Shown here in pieces: positions 53,930 through 64,000 of a DNA stretch of 64,000 bases. Under the pieces are notes generated by a model. The model was given only the letters and a program-made list of their open reading frames with translations, did no database searches and was not told the DNA's origin. Made by a program: the position numbers and the translations under genes. The DNA comes from Eledone cirrhosa. Its lineage: Eukaryota. The DNA is taken from contig OZ024744.1 of the NCBI GenBank assembly GCA_964016885.1, forward strand, positions 120,156,001-120,220,000, given 5' to 3'. Numbering within the stretch: position 1 is the first letter of the stretch; the number at the start of each line of letters is the position of its first letter.

Positions 53930-56900
53930 AGAGATTCTTTCCTGAGACATTCTAATCACATGTCATAGTATCAGAGCTCTGAACTCTCAAGTTACATATT
54001 CTTTCCTGAGATATTCTAACCACATGTCATAGTATTAGAGCTGTGATCTCTCAATTCAGAGGTTCTTTCCTGAGACATTCTAACCACATGTCATAGTATC
54101 AGGGCTGTGATCTCACAATTCAGAGATTCTTTCCTGAGACATTCTAACCACATGTCATAGTATCAGAGCTGTGATCTCTTAATTTAGAGATTCTTTCATG
54201 TGATATTCTAACCACATGTCATAGTATCAGAGCTGTGATCTCTCAATTCAGAGATTCTTTCCTGAGACATTCTAACCACATGTCATATTATCAGAGCTGT
54301 GATCTCTCAATTCAGAGATTCTTTCCTGAGACATTCTAACCACATGTCATAGTATCAGAGCTGTGATCTCTCAATTCAGAGATTCTTTCCTGAGACATTC
54401 TAACCACATGTCATAGTATCAGAGCTGTGATCTCTCAATTTAGAGATTCTTTCCTGAGACATTCCAACTCCATGTCCACAGTATCAGAGCTGTGATCTCT
54501 CAATTTAGAGATTCTTTCCTGAGATATTCTAACCACATATCATAGTATTAGAGATGTGATCTCTCAATTCAGAGATTCTTTCCTGAGACATTCTAACCAC
54601 ATGTCTGTAGTATCAGAGCTGTATGCTCTCAATTCAGAGATTTTTTCCTGAGACATTCTAACCACATGTCATAGTATCAGAGCTGTGATCTCTCAATTCA
54701 GAGATTCTTTCCTGAGACATTCTAACCACATGGCATAGTATCAGATCTGTGATATCTCAATTCAGAGATTCTTTCCTGAGATATTCTAACCACATGTCAT
54801 AGTATCAGAGCTGGGATCTCTCAATTCAGATATTCTTTCCTGAGACATTCTAACCACATGTCATAGGATCAGAGTTGTGATCTCTCAATTCAGAGATTCT
54901 TTCCTGAGATATTCTAACCACATGTCATATTATCAGAGCTGTGATCTCTCAATTCAGAGATTCTTTCCTGAGACATTCTAACCACATGTCTGTATTATCA
55001 GAGCTGTGATCTCTCAATTCAGAAATTCTTTCCTGAGAAATTCTAACCACATGTCTGTAGTATCAGAGCTGTATGCTCTCAATTCAGAGATTCTTTCCTG
55101 AGACATTCTAACCACATGTCATAGTATCAGAGCTGTTATCTCTCAATTCAGAGATTCTTTCCTGAGACATTCTAACCACATGGCATAGTATCAGAGCTGT
55201 GATATCTCAATTCAGAGATTCTTTCCTGAGATATTCTAACCACATGTCATAGTATAAGAGCTGTGATCTCTCAATTCAGATATTCTTTCCTGAGATATTC
55301 TAACCACATGTCATAGTATTAGAGCTGTGATCTCTCAATTCAGAGGTTCTTTCCTGAGACATTCTAACCACATGTCTGTAGTATCAGAGCTGTGATCTCT
55401 CAATTAAGAGATTCTTTCCTGGGACATTCTAACCACATGTCATAGTATCAGGGCTGTGATCTCTCAATTCAGAGATTCTTTCCTGAGACATTCTAACCAC
55501 ATGTCATAGTATCAGAGCTGTGATCTCTTAATTTAGAGATTCTTTCATGAGATATTCTAACCACATGTCATAGTATCAGAGCTTTGATATCTCAATTCAG
55601 AGATTCTTTCCTGAGATATTCTAACCACATATCATAGTATCAGATCTGTGATCTCTCAATTCAGAGATTCTTTCCTGAGACATTCTAACCACATGTCATA
55701 GTATCAGAGATGTGATCTCTCAATTCAGATATTCTTTCCTGAGACATTAAAGCCACATGTCATAGGATCAGAGTTGTGATCTCTCAATTCAGAGATTCTG
55801 TCCTGAGATATTGTAAACACATGTCATATTATCAGAGCTGTTATCTCTCAATTCAGAGATTCTATCCTGAGACATTCTAACCACATGTCATAGTATCAGA
55901 ACTGTTCTCTGTAAATTTAGAGATTCTTTCATGACATATTTTAACCACATGTCATAGTATCAGAGCTGTGATCTCCCAATTCAGACATTCTTTCCTGGGA
56001 TATTCTAGCCACATGTCATAGTATCAGAGCTGTGATCTCTCAATTCAGAGATTTTTTCCTGAGATATAGAATATATCACATGTCATATTATCAGAGCTGT
56101 GATCTCTCAATTCAGATATTCTTTCCTGAGACATTCTAACCACATGTCATATTATCAGAGTTGTGATCTCTCAATTCAGTGATTCTTTCCTGAGATATTC
56201 TAACCAAATGTCATAGTATCAGAGCTGTGATATCTCAATTCAGAGATTTTTCCTGAGACATTCTTACCACATGTCATAGTATCAGAGCTGTGATCTCTCA
56301 ATTTAGAGATTCTTTCCTGAGACATTCTAATCACATGTCATAGTATCAGAACTGTGATTTCTCAATTCAGAGATTCTATCCTGAGACATTCTAACCACAT
56401 ATCATAGTATCAGAGCTGTCATCTCTCAATTCAGAGATTCTTTCCTGAGACATTCTAACCACATGTCATAGTATCAGAGCTGTGATCTCTCAATTTAGAG
56501 ATTCTTTCCTGAGACATTCTAACCACATGTCATAGTATCAGAACTGTGATCTCTCAATTCAGAGATTCTTCCCTGAGATATTTTAACCACATATCATAGT
56601 AACAGAGCTGTCATCTCTCAATTCAGAGATTCTTTCCTGAGACATTCTAACCACATGTTATATTATCAGAGCTGTGATCTCTCAATTTAGAGATTCTTTC
56701 ATGAGATATTTTAACCACATATCATAGTATCAGTGCTGTCATCTCTCAATTCAGAGATTCTTTCCTGAGACATTCTAACCACATGTCATAGTATCAGAGC
56801 TGTGATCTCTCAATTTAGAGATTCTTTCATGAGATATTCTAACCACATGTCATAATATCAGAACTATGATCTCTCAATTCAGAGATTCTTTCCTGAGACA

Positions 56901-59900
56901 TTCTAACCACATGTCTGTAGTATCAGAGCTGTGATCTCTCAATTCAGAGATTCTTTCCTGATACATTCTTACCACATGTCATAGTATCAGAGCTGTGATC
57001 TCTCAATTCAGCGATTCTTTTCTGAGACATTCTAACCACGTCATAGTATCAGAGCTGTGATATCTCAATTCAGAGATTCTTTCCTGAGACATTCTAATCA
57101 CGTGTCATTATATTAGAGCTGTGATCCCTCAATTTAGATATTCTTCCCTGAGATATTCTAACCACATGTCATAGTATTAGAGCTGTGATCTCTCAATTCA
57201 GAGATTCTTTCCTGAGACATTCTAACCACATGTCATAGTATCAGGGCTGTGATCTCTCAATTCAGAGATTCTTTCCTGAGACATTCTAACCACATGTCAT
57301 AGTATCAGGTCTGTGATCTCTTAATTTAGAGATTCTTTCATGAGATATTCTAACCACATGTCATAGTATCAGAGCTGTGATCTCTCAATTCAGAGATTCT
57401 TTCCTGAGACATTCTAATCACATGTCATAGTATCAGAGCTCTGAACTCTCAAGTTACATATTCTTTCCTGAGATATTCTAACCACATGTCATAGTATTAG
57501 AGCTGTGATCTCTCAATTCAGAGGTTCTTTCCTGAGACATTCTAACCACATGTCTGTAGTATCAGAGCTGTGATCTCTCAATTAAGAGATTCTTTCCTGG
57601 GACATTCTAACCACATGTCATAGTATCAGGGCTGTGATCTCACAATTCAGAGATTCTTTCCTGAGACATTCTAACCACATGTCATAGTATCAGAGCTGTG
57701 ATCTCTTAATTTAGAGATTCTTTCATGTGATATTCTAACCACATGTCATAGTATCAGAGCTGTGATCTCTCAATTCAGAGATTCTTTCCTGAGACATTCT
57801 AACCACATGTCATATTATCAGAGCTGTGATCTCTCAATTCAGAGATTCTTTCCTGAGACATTCTAACCACATGTCATAGTATCAGAGCTGTGATCTCTCA
57901 ATTCAGAGATTCTTTCCTGAGACATTCTAACCACATGTCATAGTATCAGAGCTGTGATCTCTCAATTTAGAGATTCTTTCCTGAGACATTCCAACTCCAT
58001 GTCCACAGTATCAGAGCTGTGATCTCTCAATTTAGAGATTCTTTCCTGAGATATTCTAACCACATATCATAGTATTAGAGATGTGATCTCTCAATTCAGA
58101 GATTCTTTCCTGAGACATTCTAACCACATGTCTGTAGTATCAGAGCTGTATGCTCTCAATTCAGAGATTTTTTCCTGAGACATTCTAACCACATGTCATA
58201 GTATCAGAGCTGTGATCTCTCAATTCAGAGATTCTTTCCTGAGACATTCTAACCACATGGCATAGTATCAGATCTGTGATATCTCAATTCAGAGATTCTT
58301 TCCTGAGATATTCTAACCACATGTCATAGTATCAGAGCTGGGATCTCTCAATTCAGATATTCTTTCCTGAGACATTCTAACCACATGTCATAGGATCAGA
58401 GTTGTGATCTCTCAATTCAGAGATTCTTTCCTGAGATATTCTAACCACATGTCATATTATCAGAGCTGTGATCTCTCAATTCAGAGATTCTTTCCTGAGA
58501 CATTCTAACCACATGTCTGTATTATCAGAGCTGTGATCTCTCAATTCAGAAATTCTTTCCTGAGAAATTCTAACCACATGTCTGTAGTATCAGAGCTGTA
58601 TGCTCTCAATTCAGAGATTCTTTCCTGAGACATTCTAACCACATGTCATAGTATCAGAGCTGTTATCTCTCAATTCAGAGATTCTTTCCTGAGACATTCT
58701 AACCACATGGCATAGTATCAGAGCTGTGATATCTCAATTCAGAGATTCTTTCCTGAGATATTCTAACCACATGTCATAGTATAAGAGCTGTGATCTCTCA
58801 ATTCAGATATTCTTTCCTGAGATATTCTAACCACATGTCATAGTATTAGAGCTGTGATCTCTCAATTCAGAGGTTCTTTCCTGAGACATTCTAACCACAT
58901 GTCTGTAGTATCAGAGCTGTGATCTCTCAATTAAGAGATTCTTTCCTGGGACATTCTAACCACATGTCATAGTATCAGGGCTGTGATCTCTCAATTCAGA
59001 GATTCTTTCCTGAGACATTCTAACCACATGTCATAGTATCAGAGCTGTGATCTCTTAATTTAGAGATTCTTTCATGAGATATTCTAACCACATGTCATAG
59101 TATCAGAGCTTTGATATCTCAATTCAGAGATTCTTTCCTGAGATATTCTAACCACATATCATAGTATCAGATCTGTGATCTCTCAATTCAGAGATTCTTT
59201 CCTGAGACATTCTAACCACATGTCATAGTATCAGAGATGTGATCTCTCAATTCAGATATTCTTTCCTGAGACATTAAAGCCACATGTCATAGGATCAGAG
59301 TTGTGATCTCTCAATTCAGAGATTCTGTCCTGAGATATTGTAAACACATGTCATATTATCAGAGCTGTTATCTCTCAATTCAGAGATTCTATCCTGAGAC
59401 ATTCTAACCACATGTCATAGTATCAGAACTGTTCTCTGTAAATTTAGAGATTCTTTCATGACATATTTTAACCACATGTCATAGTATCAGAGCTGTGATC
59501 TCCCAATTCAGACATTCTTTCCTGGGATATTCTAGCCACATGTCATAGTATCAGAGCTGTGATCTCTCAATTCAGAGATTTTTTCCTGAGATATAGAATA
59601 TATCACATGTCATATTATCAGAGCTGTGATCTCTCAATTCAGATATTCTTTCCTGAGACATTCTAACCACATGTCATATTATCAGAGTTGTGATCTCTCA
59701 ATTCAGTGATTCTTTCCTGAGATATTCTAACCAAATGTCATAGTATCAGAGCTGTGATATCTCAATTCAGAGATTTTTCCTGAGACATTCTTACCACATG
59801 TCATAGTATCAGAGCTGTGATCTCTCAATTTAGAGATTCTTTCCTGAGACATTCTAATCACATGTCATAGTATCAGAACTGTGATTTCTCAATTCAGAGA

Positions 59901-60920
59901 TTCTATCCTGAGACATTCTAACCACATATCATAGTATCAGAGCTGTCATCTCTCAATTCAGAGATTCTTTCCTGAGACATTCTAACCACATGTCATAGTA
60001 TCAGAGCTGTGATCTCTCAATTTAGAGATTCTTTCCTGAGACATTCTAACCACATGTCATAGTATCAGAACTGTGATCTCTCAATTCAGAGATTCTTCCC
60101 TGAGATATTTTAACCACATATCATAGTAACAGAGCTGTCATCTCTCAATTCAGAGATTCTTTCCTGAGACATTCTAACCACATGTTATATTATCAGAGCT
60201 GTGATCTCTCAATTTAGAGATTCTTTCATGAGATATTTTAACCACATATCATAGTATCAGTGCTGTCATCTCTCAATTCAGAGATTCTTTCCTGAGACAT
60301 TCTAACCACATGTCATAGTATCAGAGCTGTGATCTCTCAATTTAGAGATTCTTTCATGAGATATTCTAACCACATGTCATAATATCAGAACTATGATCTC
60401 TCAATTCAGAGATTCTTTCCTGAGACATTCTAACCACATGTCTGTAGTATCAGAGCTGTGATCTCTCAATTCAGAGATTCTTTCCTGATACATTCTTACC
60501 ACATGTCATAGTATCAGAGCTGTGATCTCTCAATTCAGCGATTCTTTTCTGAGACATTCTAACCACGTCATAGTATCAGAGCTGTGATATCTCAATTCAG
60601 AGATTCTTTCCTGAGACATTCTAATCACGTGTCATTATATTAGAGCTGTGATCCCTCAATTTAGATATTCTTCCCTGAGATATTCTAACCACATGTCATA
60701 GTATTAGAGCTGTGATCTCTCAATTCAGAGATTCTTTCCTGAGACATTCTAACCACATGTCATAGTATCAGGGCTGTGATCTCTCAATTCAGAGATTCTT
60801 TCCTGAGACATTCTAACCACATGTCATAGTATCAGGTCTGTGATCTCTTAATTTAGAGATTCTTTCATGAGATATTCTAACCACATGTCATAGTATCAGA
60901 GCTGTGATCTCTCAATTCAG
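53930..60920 (+). repeat. Tandem duplication of a ~3.5-kb (54-55 monomer) block
   Basis: aagttacata at 53989/57451 (offset 3462); gaatatatca at 56069/59596 and aggtctg at 57307/60834 (offset 3527). Confidence 0.88.
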
Positions 60921-63900
60921 AGATTCTTTCCTGAGACATTCTAACCACATGTCATATTATCAGAGCTGTGATCTCTCAATTTAGAGATTCTTTCATGAGA
61001 TATTTTAACCACATATCATAGTATCAGTGCTGTCATCTCTCAATTCAGAGATTCTTTCCTGAGACATTCTAACCACATGTCATAGTATCAGAGCTGTGAT
61101 CTCTCAATTTAGAGATTCGTTCATGAGATATTCTAACCACATGTCATAATATCAGAACTATGATCTCTCAATTCAGAGATTCTTTCCTGAGACATTCTAA
61201 CCACATGTCTGTAGTATCAGAGCTGTGATCTCTCAATTCAGAGATTCTTTCCTGATACATTCTTACCACATGTCATAGTATCAGAGCTGTGATCTCTCAA
61301 TTCAGCGATTCTTTTCTGAGACATTCTAACCACGTCATAGTATCAGAGCTGTGATATCTCAATTCAGAGATTCTTTCCTGATACATTCTAACCACATGTC
61401 ATAGTATGAGAGCTGTGATCTCTTAATTTAGAGATTCTTTCATGAGATATTCTAACCACATGTCATAGTATCAGATCTGTGATCTCTCAATTCAGAGATT
61501 CTTTCCTGAGACATTCTAACCACATGTCATAGTATTAGAGCTGTGATCTCTCAATTCAGAGATTCTTTCCTGAGACATTCTAACCATATGTCACAGTATC
61601 AGAGCTGTGATCTATCAATTCAGAGATTCTTTCCTCAGATATTCTAACCACATCTCATAGTATCGGAGCGGTGATCTCTCAATTCAGAGATTCTTTCCTG
61701 AGACATTCTAGCCACATTTCATAGTATCAGATCTATGATCTCTCAATTCAGAGATTCTTTCGTGAGACATTCTAACCACATGTCATAGTATCAGAGCTGT
61801 GATCCCTCAATTTAGAGATTCTTTCAACAGATATTCTAACCACATGTCATAATATCAGAGCTGTGAAGTCTGAATTCAGAGATTCTTTCCTGAGACATTC
61901 TAACCACATGTAATAGTATTAGATCTGTGATCTCTCAATTTAGAGATTCTTTCCTGAGACGTTCTAACTCCATGTCCACAGTATCAGAGCTGTGATCTCT
62001 CAATTTAGAGATTCTTTCCTGAGATATTCTAACCACATGTCATAGTATCAGAGCTGTGATCTCTCAATTCAGAGATTCTTTCCTGAGATATTCTAACCAC
62101 ATGTCATAGTATCAGATATGTGATCTCTCAATTCTGAGATTGTTTCCTGAGACATTCTAACCACATGTCATAATATTAGAGCTGTGATCTCTCAATTCAG
62201 AGATTCTTTCCCGAGACATTCTTACCGCATGTAACAGTATCAGAACAGTGATCTCTCAACTTAGAGATTCTTTCCTGAGACATTCTAACCACATGTCATA
62301 GTATCAGAGCTGTGATCTCTCAATTCAGAGATTCTTTCCTGAGATATTCTAACCACATGTCATAGTATCAAATATGTGATCTCTCAATTCAAAGATTCTT
62401 TCCTGAGACATTCTAACCATATGTCATAGTATTAGAGCTGTGATCTCTCAATTCAGAGATTCTTTCCTGAGACATTCTAACCACATGGCATAGTATCAGA
62501 TCTGTGATATCTCAATTCAGAGATTCTTTCCTGAGATATTCTAACCACATGTCATAGTATCAGAGCTGGGATCTCTCAATTCAGATATTCTTTCCTGAGA
62601 CATTCTAACCACATGTCATAGGATCAGAGTTGTGATCTCTCAATTCAGAGATTCTTTCCTGAGATATTCTAACCACATGTCATATTATCAGAGCTGTGAT
62701 CTCTCAATTCAGAGATTCTTTCCTGAGATATTCTAACCACATGTCATAGTATTAGAGCTGTGATCTCTCAATTCAGAGGTTCTTTCCTGAGATATTCTAA
62801 CCACATGTCTGTAGTATCAGAGCTGTGATCTCTCAATTAAGAGATTCTTTCCTGGGACATTCTACCCACATGTCATAGTATCAGGGCTGTGATCTCTCAA
62901 TTCAGAGATTCTTTCCTGAGACATTCTAACCACATGTCATAGTATCAGAGCTGTGATCTCTTAATTTAGAGATTCTTTCATGAGATATTTTAACCACATG
63001 TCATAGTATCAGAGCTGTGATCTCTCAATTCAGAGATTCTTTCCTGAGACATTCTAACCACATGTCATAGTATCAGAGCTTTGATATCTCAATTCAGAGA
63101 TTCTTTCCTGAGATATTCTAACCACATATCATAGTATCAGATCTGTGATCTCTCAATTCAGAGATTCTTTCCTGAGACATTCTAACCACATGTCACAGTA
63201 TCAGAGCTGTGATCTCTCAATTCAGAGATTCTTTCCTCAGACATTCTAACCACATCTCATAGTATCGGAGGTGTGATCTCTCAATTCAGAGATTCTTTCC
63301 TGAGACATTCTTACCACATGTCATATTATCAGATCTGTGATCTCTCAATTCAGAGATTATTTCCTGAGATATTCTAACCACATGTCATAGTATCATAGCT
63401 GTCATCTCTCAATTCAGAGATTCTTTCCTGAGACATTCTAACCACATGTCATAGTATCAGAGCTGTGATCTCTCAATTTAGAGATTCTTTCCTGAGACAT
63501 TCCAACTCCATGTCCACAGTATCAGAGCTGTGATCTCTCAATTTAGAGATTCTTTCCTGAGATATTCTAACCACATATCATAGTATTAGAGATGTGATCT
63601 CTCAATTCAGAGATTCTTTCCTGAGACATTCTAACCACATGTCTGTAGTATCAGAGCTGTATGCTCTCAATTCAGAGATTTTTTCCTGAGACATTCTAAC
63701 CACATGTCATAGTATCAGAGCTGTGATCTCTCAATTCAGAGATTCTTTCCTGAGACATTCTAACCACATGGCATAGTATCAGATATGTGATATCTCAATT
63801 CAGAGATTCTTTCCTGAGATATTCTAACCACATGTCATAGTATCAGAGCTGGGATCTCTCAATTCAGATATTCTTTCCTGAGACATTCTAACCACATGTC

Positions 63901-64000
63901 ATAGGATCAGAGTTGTGATCTCTCAATTCAGAGATTCTTTCCTGAGATATTCTAACCACATGTCATATTATCAGAGCTGTGATCTCTCAATTCAGAGATT

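Larger units (their letters stand above)
35590..56670 (+). repeat. Tandem duplication of a ~10.6-kb (~166-monomer) block: about 35590-46226 and 46227-56670
   Basis: Offset 10637 for ccacgtc at 35634/46271, gacgttc at 37164/47801, gaatatatca at 39601/50238 and tggtatcagagc at 40257/50894. The offset is 10444 in the distal part (45625/56069, 46211/56655) after whole-monomer indels. Confidence 0.92.
1..64000. repeat. Tandem satellite array, 64-bp monomer, about 1000 head-to-tail copies in one orientation, extending beyond both window edges
   Basis: The consensus TGTGATCTCTCAATTCAGAGATTCTTTCCTGAGACATTCTAACCACATGTCATAGTATCAGAGC recurs about every 64 bp from base 1 to 64000. Monomers differ by a few substitutions and small indels (61-67 bp). 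The consensus has stop codons in all six frames. Confidence 0.99.

Noticed and set aside
1-64000. CRISPR array (64-bp period with a palindromic segment)
   Set aside because: There are no unique spacers: the whole period is conserved. No leader or cas genes are present.
1-64000. Repeat-protein coding sequence
   Set aside because: The period is not a multiple of 3, and the consensus monomer has stop codons in all three frames on both strands.
1-64000. Intact LTR retrotransposon or TRIM
   Set aside because: There is no gag/pol, internal domain, polypurine tract or target-site duplication; only the PBS-like motif is present.
1-64000. Centromere assignment or nucleosome phasing (3 x 64 = 192 bp)
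   Set aside because: No consistent dimer or trimer periodicity of variants is visible and I recognise no CENP-B box. This cannot be supported from sequence alone.
1-64000. Pure sequencing artefact such as a rolling-circle concatemer
   Set aside because: Complex variants are shared in ordered, hierarchical blocks of differing divergence, which indicates real evolutionary history. Individual large duplications could still be misassembled.

Overview
The whole window is one uninterrupted head-to-tail tandem array (satellite-type DNA) of about 1000 copies of a 64-bp monomer. The consensus is TGTGATCTCTCAATTCAGAGATTCTTTCCTGAGACATTCTAACCACATGTCATAGTATCAGAGC (25/64 G+C, no CpG). I found no unique sequence, inverted block, ORF, RNA gene or CRISPR spacer. 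Diagnostic monomer variants reveal nested multi-monomer duplications with offsets of 576, 1984, 2311, 3074, about 3.5 kb, 9212 and about 10.6 kb. The most intriguing signal is that every monomer reads TG...CA followed by TAGTATCAGAGC, an 11/12 match to the plant initiator-tRNA-Met primer-binding site TGGTATCAGAGC of LTR retrotransposons and caulimovirids; two monomers carry the exact motif. This suggests, but does not prove, that the satellite arose from an LTR/PBS junction. The monomer also contains an 18-bp quasi-palindrome, a second short stem with apparently covarying variants, and a recurrent micro-inversion variant. The organism and genomic location cannot be determined from the sequence. 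All coordinates and offsets were read by eye.
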